From: Chiloscyllium plagiosum
Lineage: Eukaryota
Assembly: GCF_004010195.1 (NCBI RefSeq)
Contig: NC_057749.1
Span: 22,887,886-22,951,885, forward strand
Direction: 5' to 3'
Length of the DNA: 64,000 nt
Part shown: piece by piece, positions 1 to 12,830 of the stretch
Position numbering within the stretch: position 1 is the first letter of the stretch
How the letters are laid out: each line of letters opens with the position of its first letter
Position numbers and translations under genes: made by a program
Notes under the pieces: generated by a model
What the model was told of the DNA's origin: nothing
The model's database searches: none
Seen by the model: the letters and a program-made list of their open reading frames with translations, nothing else

Positions 1-122
1 ACCTAACCTACACATCTTTGGACTGTTGGAGGAAACTGGAGCACCCAGAGGAGGCCAACACAGATGCAAGGAAAATGTGCAAATTCCACACAGTTGCCCG
101 AGGCTGCGATCGAGCCCAGGTT
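1..122 (-). mobile_element. HE1/V-SINE fragment
   Basis: cacatctttggactg..ggaggaaactggagcacc core shared with the other HE1 copies in the window. Confidence 0.8.
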
Positions 123-403
123 CAAGGTTTGTGAGAAGATTTGTAGCTCGGGTGCTCATTGTTGTGGTTCTGTTCGCCGAGCTGGGAATTTGTGTTGCAG
201 ATGTTTCGTCCCCTGTCTAGGTGACATCCTCAGTGCTTGGGAGCCTCCTGTGAAGCACTTTTGTGATCTTTCCTCCGGCATTTGTAGTGGTTTGAATCTG
301 CCGCTTCCGGTTGTCAGTTCCAGCTGTCCAGCTGCAGTGGCTGGTATATTGGGTCCAGGTCGATGTGCTTATTGATTGAATCTGTGGATGAGTGCCATGC
401 CTC
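123..403 (-). mobile_element. Penelope-like element 3' end/pLTR with hammerhead core
   Basis: Reverse complement contains gca-CTGAGGA-tgtcacctagacaggggac-GAAAC-atc-tgc (about 198-236); a related copy lies at 4060-4165. Confidence 0.65.
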
Positions 404-404
404 A

Positions 405-934
405 TGGTTCCCAGAGGATCCTAGGATAAATCCCATCGGGCCCAGAGGACGTATCTATTTTCACACTCTGCAGGATTCTCCCTAATCCTTCCTGCCAAGC
501 CTTTTTCGTGCCCCCTCCTGGCTCTCCTCAGTCCATTTCTGAGCTCCTTCCTAGCAAGCCTGTAATCCTTTAAAGCTGTGCTCGATCCTTGCTTCCTCCA
601 CCTTACATAAACTGCCTTTTTCTTTTTGACGAGAAGCTCCTCTGTTCTCGACATCCAAAGTTCCTTAATCTTACCCCTTCTTACCTGTCACAGAGGAACA
701 AATTCTTGCATCACTCGCAACAACTGCTCCTTAAATAGTCTCCACATGTCTAGTGTGCCCTTTCTGTGGAACAATTGCTCCCAGTCTGTACTTCCCAACT
801 CCTGTCTGATAGCGTCATAATTTCCTTTCCCCAATTAAACATCTTCCCTCGGTAACTGCTTTCACTCTCCAAGGCTTTGGTAAATGTGAGGCAGTTGTGG
901 TCTCTGTCCCCAAAGTGTTCTCCCACCACGAGAT
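405..934 (-). mobile_element. CR1 LINE ORF2 fragment with internal deletion
   Basis: Minus strand encodes VGEHFGDRDHN (end of endonuclease), ARKELRNGLRRARRGHEK..RIRENP, then jumps to ILQSVKIDTSSGPDGIYPRILWE. Confidence 0.85.
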
Positions 935-2675
935 AATGAGGGAGAAGGTAGGATCACTCAAGGATAAAGGAGGGAAATTGTGCTTGGCAGCAGAGGATGT
1001 GAGTGAGACCCTAAATGAGTATTTCGTGTTGGTATTCACCCAGCAGGAGGATATGGAGGAGAGTGAGATTAGTGTGGGGCATGCTAATATGCTGGAGTAT
1101 TTTGAGATGAGGAAAGAAATAGCACTTAAAGAGCATTAAGGTGGATAAGTCCCCAGGGCCCGATGGTATCTACCCCAGGTTATTGAGAGGCAAGAGAAGA
1201 GATTGCTGGGACCTTGACCAAGATCTTTGTATCCTCACTAGCCAATGGAGAGGTCCCGGAGGACTGGGGATTAGCTAATGTTGTTCCTCTGTTCGAGAAG
1301 GGAAATCAGGATACTCCAGGAAACTATAGACTGGCGAGTCTCACATCGGTGGTTGGGAAGCTATTGGAGAGACTTCTTAGGGATAGGATTTACACACATT
1401 TGAAAAAGCATGACCTAATTAGGGACAGTCAGCATGGCTTTGTGGAAGGCAGGTCCTGTCTTACTAACTTGATTGAATTTTTCATGGAGGTGACAAAGGT
1501 GATTAATGAGTATAGAGCGGTGGATGTTATCCACGTGGAATTCCAACAATGTCCCAGATTAAGATGCAAGGGATCCACTGTGACTTGGCAGTGTATATTT
1601 AGAATTGGCTTGTCCATAGAAGGCAGGGGATAGCGGTGGAAGGGTGTTTGTCAGGCTGAGGGTCTGTGAGTAATGGCGTTCCAAAGGGATCTGTACTGGG
1701 ATCTCTGCTGTTCATGATCTAGATGTAAATGACTTGGATGAAAGTGTAGATGGGTGGGTTAGTAAGTTTGCAGATGTACAAAGATCAGTGGAGTTGTGGG
1801 CAGTGCACAGGGCTGTCAAAGGATACAGTGGGATAGAGATCAGTTACAGATGTGGGCAGAGAAATGGCAGATGGAGTTTAATCTGGGTAAGTATGAGATG
1901 CTGCATTTTGGGAGATCAAATGTTAAGGAAAAGTAAACAGTTAATAGCAGGACCCTGTACAGCATTAATGTACAGAGGGATTCTGGGGTTCAAGTCCACA
2001 GCTCCCTGAGATTGGCCACACAATTAGATAGGGTGGTGAAGAAGGTGTGTGGCATGCTTGTCTTTATTGGTCGGGGCACTGAGTACAAGAGTCAGGATGT
2101 CATGTTACAGCTTTCTAAGATTTTGATTAGGCCGTGCTTAGAGTATTGTGTTCAGTTCTGGTCACCTCATTACAGGAAGGATGTGGAGGCTTTGGAGAGG
2201 GTACAGAAGAGGTTTACCAGGGTGCTGCCTGGATTAGAGGGCGTGAGCAAATGAGAGGCTGGAAAAACTGGGCTGTTTTCTCTGGAGCAGCAGAGGCTGA
2301 GGGGAGACTTGATAGAAGTCGATAAAATAATGAGATGCAGAGACAGGGTTGACTATCAGAATCTTTTTCCCAGAGTTAAAATGTCAAAAACTAGAGAGGC
2401 ATGCATTTAAGGTGAGAGGGGAAAGTTCAAAGGAGATGTGTGGGACAAGAGTTTTTATAAAAGAAATTGGCAGGGGTCTGGAACACACCACCATGGGGTG
2501 GTGGAGGCAGATACGATAGGGGCGTTTAAGGGGCTTTTAGATAAACACATGAATATGCAAGGAATGGAGGGATATGGACCGAGGGCAGGCAGAAGGGATT
2601 AGCTTAATTTAGTGTCATGTTCAGTACAACATGGCCAAACAGCCTATTCCTTAGCTGTATTGTTCTATGTTCTAT
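930..2675 (+). mobile_element. 5'-truncated CR1 LINE (RT domain, 3' UTR, (TTCTATG)n-type tail)
   Basis: Frameshifted peptides KSPGPDGIYP, GEVPEDWGLANVVPLFEKG, SQHGFVEGRSCLTNLIEFF, LEYCVQFWSPHYRKD; tail tgttctatgttctat ends about 2675. Confidence 0.95.
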
Positions 2676-2685
2676 CTTTTTGCAG

Positions 2686-2803
2686 TTTGGTGACTCTCAG
2701 CAACTGAGGATGGTGCGGATTCTCCGCAGTACGGTGATGGTGCGAGTGGGAGGGGGATGGAGTCCCCTCGATGAGTTCCTTGTGAAGAATGATCCTTGCA
2801 GAG
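2686..2803 (+). CDS. Internal coding exon, GAR/GAS2 domain of a MACF1/DST-family spectraplakin (possibly a divergent paralog)
   Basis: ttttgcag acceptor at 2685; reads [39 protein letters not shown]+G; donor GTTGGT at 2804; 118 nt, phase 0 to 1. Nearly identical to the MACF1/DST GAR motif [39 protein letters not shown]. Confidence 0.93.
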
Positions 2804-3174
2804 GTTGGTGAAGGTCATAGATGTGGCCATTCTTACTAAAGATTCAAAACCATCGGTCTTTATGGAATCCTTGAATGGAAAAAAAACAAAATTGATCATG
2901 CCTGAGTTGTGAAGTCACATTAATCCAGGAGGCTCTGAGGAATATTCACTTATTTCTTATGAGCTGAGATTCTTTCCTCAAAAAACTCTGGTTTTATATT
3001 TAGTTAAAGAATGATTGAGAAAGTAAAAATCCAAACACAGCTTTCCAGAGTCCCTTGACTCTAAAGTCCTACAGCACAGAGACAGGCCCTTCACCCCAAA
3101 CTGGTCAATGCCAAAAAGTCCAGCAACTTCCAAGCATGCAGGCTGCTGTCCAACAAAGCCCATTCACGTCAGTC

Positions 3175-3430
3175 ATCACCAGTTCAATCTATGGCTTCTC
3201 ATTCTCTACATTTGTTTGTCCTATGTAGTGTTTTGTGCAGTCCTTGCATGGGATTTTGTACACTACATTAGTTTTGCTCATGCTGGGTATCGGGTCCTTC
3301 GTTCTGGTGAGTTGTTGTCTGAGAGTGGCTGTTGCTTTGTGTGCTGTTCTGAGTCCTAGTGGTCGCAGTAGTCTGGCTGTCAGTTCAGAAATGGTCTTGA
3401 TGTATGGTAGTATGGCTAGTCCTTTGGGTT
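3175..3430 (-). mobile_element. Penelope-like element, GIY-YIG endonuclease fragment
   Basis: ORF 3189-3452: LPYIKTISELTARLLRPLG..KTNVVYKIPCKDCTKHYIGQT. Confidence 0.88.
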
Positions 3431-3932
3431 GCGGCCAGGTCCCCAGGTCCACAGCACTGCGAGGCAGCAGTGCTAACCACTGAACTATGTGCCACCCATA
3501 AATACATAGATGCCCACAAATCTATGACTCTAAGAATACATGCACTTTATCACTCTTCACATCCAATTGCATTTCACCCTTTTGTTTGAAGACTTACTTA
3601 GTAATTATGGGATGTCACTTTGGATGTCATTAAGTTTGTGAAATGACACAGTCCTGCAATTTCATAGGAGTGCACAGCTCTCACTAAAGACAGCAACAAA
3701 AATTCAGCCCTGAATCGAAGACAGGTGGTGCTTGCATGTTCCTTGGTGCTATGTTTATTTGCTTTGTCCAGATTTCCAAATAACTATTCAAGCCAATCAA
3801 TGCCACACAGTGTTGAAGTGCAGTCACTATCTAATATTGGACAGTTCAATGAATCAACAAATAAAATACTCCTGGACCGACTCAAGTCTTCACTCCGAAC
3901 ACAATATTTTCTTGCTCTTCATCTTTATCATT

Positions 3933-4334
3933 TGTTATGGACCAGACCAGAACCCCTCAAAAAATTTTAAGAAGACAGCCCAGAACCTACCATTTTCTTA
4001 TTTTACAGGTAGGTGTGAAGTGCTGTGTTCCAGATGCAATATGATTGGTCAAGCTACTCGACTGGATGTAAATTTGCTCGCTGAGCTGGAAGGTTTGTTT
4101 TCAGACGTTTCGTCACCATACTAGGTGACATCATTAGCAATCCTCCAGTGAAGCACTCATGTTATGGAACAGTATGGGTTAGATGGGCTGTAGATTGATT
4201 TCACAGGTTGGCGCAACATTGAGGGCCGAAGGCGCAGTTATGTTCTATGTTCTATACAGCTCAGTACCTCTGCCTAACAACTTCTCTTCCAAAAAAAGGA
4301 CAAAATAACCTCTTAAAGTGACAGCATTGTCACA
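3933..4334 (-). mobile_element. Disrupted solo LTR (same family as 11400-11995) with Penelope pLTR and CR1 3' pieces inside
   Basis: Ends tgttatggaccag.. and ..gcattgtcaca are reverse complements of the termini of the 11400-11995 LTR. Confidence 0.65.
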
Positions 4335-5324
4335 TATATTCACCCTCAGAAATATTTGATTCAAATACTTGACTCTTTCTTGGTTAAGGATAAAGCCAAA
4401 GTCATACCTTGCATTTTCCTTCCTTTGGAAAATGACCTGAGCCTGCATTTCAATCCCATTGTTGCACTACCCATGTTGCTTCAACCGAGAAAACTCTGTG
4501 AATAATCATAATTCATGATCATTCACCATGACTCAACCATGTCAGTTTAAATAGTCCGCAGGTGCTTTGCTTCTGTTTGATAAAGGAATTACCTTCTGCT
4601 TTCTTTATCTGAAGAATTAAAGTTAATCATCTGCTACCATCTTTAACTGACCGATATCCCCATGCTGACTAAGGAAACCAACGACTTTCAAGTGTTTTCT
4701 TGTAAATCTATAGTTTACCTCAAACACCAGTTTCCATCTTCGCCTTCTCGACCCCTTTTCTGCCTAAGAGCCTTCCACCCAGTGGAGAGGAACCCAGCTG
4801 TATTTTTATAAATAAACGCAAACACCAAATCCCCAATTGACAAAACTGTGAGCCAGGGACAGTGTTACATGAACAACACAAGTGGGAGAGACGAGTGGGT
4901 CTAAATCAAGATGGCGTTGGAGGAGGAATTGATGCACCCTAGCTAGAAGCTGTATGGTTTTATTTTAAAATGAACACAATCATCTTATTAACAACCAGGG
5001 TTAGTGTGCCAGATACACTATGTGCTCCCTTTCCAATTGCATCTGGGCATGAACATAGTGGTGGATCTTAATGGGCTCCATCCTACGCTCATTTAAAGTG
5101 GAGCAGTCAATTCAGCTCCCTTCCCTCAATCCTTTAGTTGAGAAATTAATCAAGAGGTTCTCTAATCCTGTCTCCTGCCAATCTACCCTCACTGTTTAGT
5201 ATACAAGCTGAGATTCCTAAATCTCCTTTAAGATTGGCCTTAATGACATTTGTTGAGTTTACAAACTTGCTGCTGAAAGAGGTGCATCAAAGCCATTCCT
5301 CAGGGTAATGGATATCATTCGGTT

Positions 5325-5465
5325 CAAAAGAATGGTCACTGGACCTGAAATGCTTACTCGGCTTTTTTGCCACACTTGCTGCCAATCCTGCTGACTCAAT
5401 CCAGCAACTCCTGGTGGTGCTTCCAATTTCCAGCATCCACAGTTCCTTGTTTTTCTTTTCTGATC
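5325..5465 (+). mobile_element. Penelope-type pLTR fragment
   Basis: ggtcactggacctgaaa..gctgccaatcctgctga..ccagca; related copy at 10030-10130. Confidence 0.5.
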
Positions 5466-7261
5466 AGATCGTGTCTTGTTGTGCATCACCCAAACTGTAT
5501 AACTCGGACTGTCATCTTTTGTCCTGAAAATTGCTTGGTCTACCTCAGAGACTCTGAGGGGTAAGATGTCTCAAACATTCGAGAAACAGGTGAAGCTCGT
5601 TGCTGCACTCTGTTACTGCGCAGTAGTCGTGGCCTCTAACAGCATGCAAGGTAAAAGATGCTCTACCTATCACAGAAATGACAGACATGGGGTGTATGAA
5701 TGTCATTGTTGGCTTGATATCATGTATGTAGGCTGTCTGCCCCAAAGATTAGAGGTTAACTTCAAATAGAAATTTTGGCTGTTTGTAACAAGCAAGATGT
5801 TAGTCATACATAATCAGCCGAATGCAAAACCTGCAACATTCGATGAGAATCTGCAATCACAGCATTTACTGGATAACCCTGTGACTGTAAAGTACTACAC
5901 TGACAACCAACTTAGGACCATCAGTCAGGTTTGTAGTGCTTACATACATCAGAGTGTTTGTAAATTGACACACAAGGCCCTGTGCATTGGAGTCAGAAAG
6001 AGCTTATACACACAGTGCCCTTATTTCAACTTCAATAAAATTGGTGGCAGCCATTTTCTGGTTCATTTTGCTGGACAAAGCCTTCACCATTGGGAGTCAA
6101 CCTGCAGGGATTAAAATTTAAACAAAACCTGGTTGTTGACTATCAATCACCATCAACTAGCACATCTCCATGGCATTGCCTCCACCATTTGGAGTCCACC
6201 GGCCATCTAATTTGCACATTCCTCTCACACAGAATAAACATCAGTTCAATCTTTACCTCGGTATTTCCTGTGAATTGTCTTGATCAGTGCAAGACAAAAA
6301 GCTTTGACAAAGTCACTGTTTTTTCAGCAATACTCAAGTTCTCAAATACCACACGATTATTTTGTATATCCTGTTTTCTCAAACTTTAATTCCTCTGCTG
6401 TCAAACTCATTTTTAAAATTATCTCAAAACCTTGAAAAGTTTCCGTATGCATTTTAAAGATAGGCAGTTCATAAATATATTCTTGGCTCTCCTTTGTTGA
6501 TTGTTTTTTTCTTTTGTATATTGGAAAAAAAGAGTGGTCGGTCAAGTATCTATCAGGCAGAATCTTTGATGTGTTTTGTTTTGTTTTAGTATGGATGTCC
6601 TATGCAGGTGATAGTTCGACTTGCTTTCACTGAGATAGCTCATTTGTACTTTAACAGGGAACTTTGGTGTGAATAATAGATGGGTAATCAATAGTTGACA
6701 GAAAGCCTGGCCAGACCTTAACTGTCTGGCGGTTTCCCAAAGGAGCTTACTCTTTTTTCTTATTATCTCACTTTCTTCTCTCTGTCGTTCTTAGCACAAA
6801 CCAGAGCTTCTATCTTCACAACTTTTCTAACCTTGAGCCTGTTCAGGACTATGATTTTGCAACACAAATGGCCTTGAAAATGTGTGTTGCTAAGCCAAAT
6901 CTTTTATTGAATTAGTATTTGTACATGCTTGAATTACAAGAGCCATAGAACCCTAGCACAGAAAGAGGCCACTTTACCCATTTTATTTTAATCTTTACTG
7001 TATTAACTTGAAACCAATTTCATTGTCCTCTTTGCGTTCATCGTCCTGTACCGTCCCATGTTTCAAATATCTAACCAATTTTTTCTCACCTTTCAGTAGT
7101 TCCTACCTCAAGTACAGGTTCAAGTAAAATGCCTTTCAATCAACACCTTTCTCACATAGAGTATAAGTTCTAATTTTCCCCTAAAATTGGTATTCTTGCT
7201 AAGTGTCCTGATGAGTACAAGACAATAGCCTCCAACTCCAACAACTACAAAGTGCTTTTTT

Positions 7262-7592
7262 TGACTTTATTCATTCACAGGATGTGGGCATCACTAGCTA
7301 GGTCAGCATTTATTGCCCATCCCTAATTGCCCAGAAGGCAGTTAAGAGTCAACCACATTGCTGTGGGTTTGGAGTCACATGTAGGCCAGGCCACGTAAGG
7401 ATGGCAGCTTCCTTCCCTAAATGGTACTAGTGAACCAGATGTGTTTTTCCAACAGTTAGACTATTAATACCAGTTTTTTTTTATTATTGAATTCAAATTC
7501 CACTATCTACCATGGCAGGATTGAAACCTGAGTCCCCAGAACACTAACTGGCCCCTGGATTAACAGTCCAGTGATAATAATACCAGGCCATC
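7262..7592 (-). mobile_element. SacSINE1/DeuSINE-like tRNA SINE
   Basis: Reverse complement of the 49670-50015 element: tRNA-like head and gggcaataaatgctg..gcccacatcc tail. Confidence 0.75.
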
Positions 7593-7619
7593 ACGTTCCA
7601 TTGGTTTTCTTCAAAGTCG

Positions 7620-7750
7620 AGGAGAAAGTGAGGACTGCAGATGCTGGAGAGTCAGAGTGGATAAAGCATGGTGCTGGAAACGCACAGCAGGTCAGGCAGC
7701 ATCTGAGGAGCAAGAGATTCGACTTTTCAGGCTGGAGCATTCTTTCTGAA
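7620..7750 (-). mobile_element. Penelope pLTR fragment
   Basis: gagaaagtgaggactgcagatgctgg..ggcagcatctgaggagc, the same as the terminal repeat of the Penelope at 30105-32455. Confidence 0.7.
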
Positions 7751-9064
7751 AAATGTTATCAATTCTTTCTTCAAAGTCTACAAAGTCTTCAATGTCTAAA
7801 ATGAAGCTTAGCTTTGTAAAGCAAGGATTGTAACAGTATTTGTATTCAAAGTATTATGATAGTTCAGTATGAGGATTCTAAGGTTATTTGTAGTGTAACG
7901 GTCGCAGAAACGGATGAGGTAATTATTTTGGGAGCTTTATTGGACAAAGCTTAGATTGTATATCTGGCTCGCAGTCCGATGACTCTCGAAGCAGGACCAT
8001 TTACACCACAGGTGCTGAACTTCACTTTTTCAGTAAGAGCAGTCATACGGTAGACAAGCTTAGGAAGAGATGGAGTGGTGTGGAGGAGAGAGCAAGAAAG
8101 AGGCGTTTGTTTTGAAGGTGACCTTGATGTTGGTCAGGGCTGATGGAAAGACTGCTGTTCTTCCCTGTGATTGCTAAGGTTTGTTGTAGTGCTGCAGTCT
8201 CTCAGGAATGTTGCACGAAGATCTGCTGCCACACTTAAGGTAGACAGTCATTTATCTGCGACGCTGTGCTTGGACTGCTAACGACCAGCTAAAATTGGCT
8301 GATTTTTATTTTAAAAGAAATTGTCAACGTGCCAGGTGCACTGGCTCAACTGTGACTCTGGAAAGTATAACATGAAAACATTAAAGTTCTGAGGCTTAAT
8401 CTTTCTTCCTTTAAGTGGATAAGAGGGTGAATCAGCAGGAGTTTAATGATAAAGCAGACAGTGCCGCGAGAATTGCCAGATAGAATTAATCAAGGAGGAA
8501 AATATTTTTATTGCTAAAAGATTTAGTGGTTCATTGGTGAATTTCTATGCATTACAGAGCGAGCTTCAACCTGGAATATTTTTCTTCATAACCACTTGCA
8601 GTGTTAGTCCTTCAGTGCATATTCTGCTGAATTCAGACTCACTGCTACACCGTATATGTGCTTTACATAATTATATTTAACCTCACATTCAGGAGGAAAG
8701 GATATTACTACAGTGGTCTCCCTCACACATCTCTCAACACATTGTAAATATATTCCTGACTATTGAGCACAGTACGTTGGTGTCACCTTTAAATAAGTGC
8801 AGTTGATGGAATGGAAACCGGCCTGTCCTGGAAGGAATGGGATTGAATAACACACTGTAGAGTTTTGGAGTCATTACTTTATTATCTTTTCAAGGGAAGT
8901 TGTGGATATACTGTTTTAACCAGAAACACAGCCATGGTGAGAATACATTAAAACAAGTCAATTAATCTGGCCAAAGTAGACTTTTTTTCTTGCTTCATGG
9001 GATTCGAGGTTCACTGTCCTTGAATTGAATACAATTGTTTGGTTATTTCAGAGAGCAGTTAAGA

Positions 9065-9395
9065 GTCATTGAGTCATACAGCACGGAAACAGACCCTTTG
9101 GTTCAACTCATCCATGCTGACCATGCAAACATTTCCTATTCATGTACTTATCTAAATATCTTTTAAATGTTGTAACTGTACCTGCATCCATCACTTTCTC
9201 TGGAAGTTCATTCTACACATAAACTACTGTCTATATAAAAAAAATTGCCCCATGTCTTTTAAAAATCTTTCTCCTCTCATCTTAAAACTATCCCCCTTGT
9301 CTCAAAATCTCCCATCCTAGGGAAAAGACACCTGCCATTCACATACTCCATACCCTTCATGAGTTTATAAATCTCTATAAGGTCACCTTGCAACT
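9065..9395 (-). mobile_element. CR1 LINE 3' end
   Basis: GDLIEIYKLMKG..LFPRMG..TRG on the minus strand, followed by CR1 3' UTR. Confidence 0.85.
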
Positions 9396-9474
9396 TCTCC
9401 CCAACTCCATGCATGATCCCAGTAAGCATTCCAGCTAAATATTCCAATGTTTGCTTCCTGTACCTTAGTTGCAG

Positions 9475-9625
9475 AGTCAAAAATCACACAACACCAGGTT
9501 ATAGTCCTGATGAAGGAGCAGCGATCCGAAAGCTAGTGCTTCCAAATACACCTGTTGGACTATAAGTTGGTGTTGTGTGATTTTTAACTTTGTCCACACC
9601 AGTTCAACACCGGCACCTCCATGTC
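9475..9625. mobile_element. Short palindromic Penelope-derived element with hammerhead core
   Basis: aaaaatcacacaacaccaggttatagtcc and ggactataagttggtgttgtgtgattttt inverted arms; CTGATGA-aggagcagcgatcc-GAAA-gcta at 9507-9535. Confidence 0.75.
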
Positions 9626-10149
9626 CTGGCTGCAGAGAGAAGCAAAAAAAATACACACACACAGATGACAGACAACCTCTTGCAATAGATGTGGCAACAG
9701 AATAAATCACAGCCGGCATGTAATACAGGGGGATGGAATCGCGTAACAGCAAGAAAACCACAATTCACAAAGTGCATAACAGCCAAATCGCATTTACAAA
9801 GTATAGGAGAACTAAATGTACCTAAAAGTAAAATTAACAAGGCAAAGTTGCAGCAAACCAATTAGTTAATTATCAAAATATATATGGAGAAGAGTCAGAC
9901 TGAAATTAGGTATGTTTTTATTGAAATAAAACTTCAATTGAAAAGTGTATGCATGGACTCAGACTAAAAGCATTTAATGTGTCATGTACAATGGGCTGAC
10001 CAAATTGTCAATTTTGATCAAGATTAATTTCTGAAGAAGGGTTGGTGGATCCAGAACATTAATTCTACTTTCTGTCCACTGATGCTGCCAGACCTGCTGG
10101 GTTTTCCCAGCAATTTGCATTTTTAACCCAGATTTTGTTGGACTTCTTA

Positions 10150-11010
10150 GAAAAATACTCACCCCAGTCTGTGGTAAATATTCCATCACAGTCCTGACTC
10201 CTGCCTTGTGATTGGTGAACAGATTTTTAGGAGTCAGGCACTGAGCTCCTGACCAGAGTTCACAGTTTCTGACTGGTTCACGTCGTTACTTATAGATATT
10301 TTCTAATCAACCTGTTCGGAGATGTTGTTACACATTTCTGGAGTAGATAGAACTTGAACCCATGACTTGTAGCTCAGAGTATTAGAAACTCTAACACTGC
10401 ATCAAAGGGCCCACTTATGTGTACAGCCCAGTTGAGCTTCTAGTCAATGGTAGTCCTCAGGCTGTTAATATTGGGGATTCAGTGATGGCAATGCTATTGA
10501 AAACCAATTGGAAATTATATTCACTTCATTTGAAGATGGTCATTACTTGACTCTTGTGTGATTCAAAGATTACCTCTCACATTTTAGCTTAAGATTGAAT
10601 AACATCCAGGTCTTTGTCTATATGGGCACAAACTACCTCAGTATTTGAATGGTGTTGAACATTGTACAATAATCAATAAACATCCTCAGGTCTGACCTTC
10701 TGGTGGAGCAGCCAAAGAAGGCTGGGCCTTGCGCTTTACTCTGAGGAACTGAGGCCTGGGGTCAAGACCCACCTGCTCCAGAGGCATGTAACAGCATCAC
10801 TGAAGAGGCAGATAAAAAAATTTACACCCTGAGGAACTTCCACAGCAATGTTATTTGGACTGAGATAATTGATCTTGAACAATCACAACAGTCATCCTTT
10901 GCATGAGGTATGGCTCCAACTGGTGGGGACTACCCCGTTTCGCTCATTGACTTAAATTCTGCCATGGCTCCTGGATGCCACTGGTGTACTGTGACTTTGA
11001 TGTGGCTGTC
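10150..11010 (-). mobile_element. Decayed CR1/L2-clade LINE (same family as 57690-58475) with short SINE inserts
   Basis: Reverse-complement similarity to 57690-57990 (gccttgtg..ggtgaacag..aggagtcagg; cccagttgagc..ggtagtcc). Confidence 0.55.
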
Positions 11011-11399
11011 ACCTCTCCCAATTTTGTAGCTCTATTTCTGCCATGCTCCAGCTATTGAGAATTACATTTCCATCACCACTACCTTGCTGTGCTAGTAATG
11101 GAATTTGTGAAGACTGAATAATGATTATTCTGATGCAATGGATATTTCAAAAGCATTGCAATCGGAAACCACTGTTCGGTAATGTCAATATTTGGAGAGA
11201 CACTGTGGGTATGAAAAAGACTTTTATCACTCTAGGACAAAATTATACACTTGAACCCAGTCCTGTGATTAATAATCTACTCTGTACACACTTAAATTAC
11301 AGTAGAAGATGTTTAACCCACATTTAATTTCCTCCTTTAAACCACAAAGATCTTTGGATGACCAGTGATGGGAGTAACAGCTTTAGTGCAGTCTGTATG

Positions 11400-11995
11400 T
11401 GTGACGGTGCTGCCCCTTTAACAAGGTTATGTTGTCCTTGGTTATTTTCGAGAGGGGTCGTAAAGACAGAGGTTCCGATTTGTCTGGAAATATCTTCTTG
11501 AAAACAATGGCAGCAGAGTGGTCAGTTCTCCCAGTTCAGGAATTTTTCTTTCTAGTTTGGTTTAGTTCAGCAGGCAGTCAAGAAAACCTGCTGGGGACCC
11601 AGAGGAGTAGCTACAGTGAAACGAGGCTCCATGTTTCAACAGTGGTCTTGCCTGGTTTTTCCCTCTGAAACCTCTCCTGTCAGTAAGACCCTGTGCTTGA
11701 ATTTACCTTTTGCCAAGGGGTGTGTTTATGGGATGTTGCAGGGATTGGAACAGCTTCGTTAAGTTGCGATATTGTGTCAGTTCGGTTATCAAATAAGTTA
11801 AGTTATTCTAAATTCTGTTTTCTTTTGTTTGTGTTTCATCCGTAATGTTTAAATAAATTCTGTTTTGTTTAAAACTGAGTGGTTTGACCAGCTGCATCAC
11901 TCCTGAGATATCCACTACACACCTTCCTAAAAAAAAGTTACACTCTAGGCTATCTTCTTAAAACATTTGAGAGGGGTCTGACCTGGTCCATAACA
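11400..11995 (+). mobile_element. Intact solo LTR (Gypsy-like), 596 bp
   Basis: TG...CA termini (tgtgacgg...ccataaca), 4-bp TSD TATG at 11396-11399 and 11996-11999, internal AATAAA near 11852. Confidence 0.85.
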
Positions 11996-12139
11996 TATGT
12001 TCCTACCTATCGGTGTTCTATTCAGCTGTTGTGGTACCCCCCCTTTAAACTGTAAATCCTCTGAGATAGAAAATCCTACATTTCTATGAGGAGCAAGCAA
12101 GGGAAGCTAGTGTGAAATCCAGGCTTCCTTAATTCACCA

Positions 12140-12240
12140 GGATCTGGGTTAGAGCGGTGCTGGAAAAGCACAGCAGTTCAGGCAGCATCCAAGGAGCAGG
12201 AAATTCGATGTTTCGGGCAAAATGCATTTTCAAGATTCCT
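12140..12240 (-). mobile_element. Penelope pLTR fragment
   Basis: gtgctggaaaagcacagcag..ggcagcatccaaggagcagg..tttcgggc. Confidence 0.7.
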
Positions 12241-12289
12241 GGTGAGGTGGTCATTAATAAATCCAATAAAACTCGGAATAGACTAAACA

Positions 12290-12830
12290 GGAACAGAGGT
12301 AGGCCATTTGGACTCTTGAGCATGCTGTACCATTCAACAAGATCATGGTGGATCTGTGGTCCTTGATTCCTCTGCCTAACACAAATCAAAGCACCTTACT
12401 AATTTGATGCCCCTCCTCCATTGCCCTGTGAGGCAGAGAGTTCCAAAGTCACATAACTGTCTGCCAGGAAAAACAAATCTCATCTCCGTCCGACACAGGC
12501 AAATGTTAATTTTAATACAGTGCCCCCTAGTCCTGGAATGATCCGCAAGCAGAAAAGTCCTTTCCAAATCCATGTTATCACGTTTAGCTTCTTATACACT
12601 TTAATAAAGTCACCCCTCACTCTTCTAAACACCAGTATAAACAACCCCAGTTTGTCCAACTGTTCCTCAAAAGACAACACACTTATTCCAGGTATGAGTA
12701 CTCAACCTATTCTCGACCACCTCAGATGCATTTATACCTTCCCTTAAATAAGGGAACCAAAGAAACCTTTTTCTGAATCCACTCCAATTTAATAACATCC
12801 TTCCTATAACAGGGCAACCAAACTAATGCC
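12290..12830 (-). mobile_element. CR1 LINE 3' portion
   Basis: LSFEEQLDKLGLFILVFRRVRGDFIKVYK on the minus strand. Confidence 0.8.

Noticed and set aside
405..2675. Twin-priming 5' inversion of a single CR1 (minus 405-934 joined to plus 930-2675)
   Set aside because: The minus piece continues past an internal deletion into GPDGIYPRILWE, which overlaps the plus copy's KSPGPDGIYPRLLR region and differs in sequence, so these are two independent copies.
6795..6877. Next spectraplakin exon after a strong pyrimidine tract (also 8416 and 23097 acceptors)
   Set aside because: Phase-1 translations (AQTRASIF.., VDKRVNQQ.., AGYKLFLN..) lack the GRTN motif and Ser/Arg-rich tail, and reach stops.
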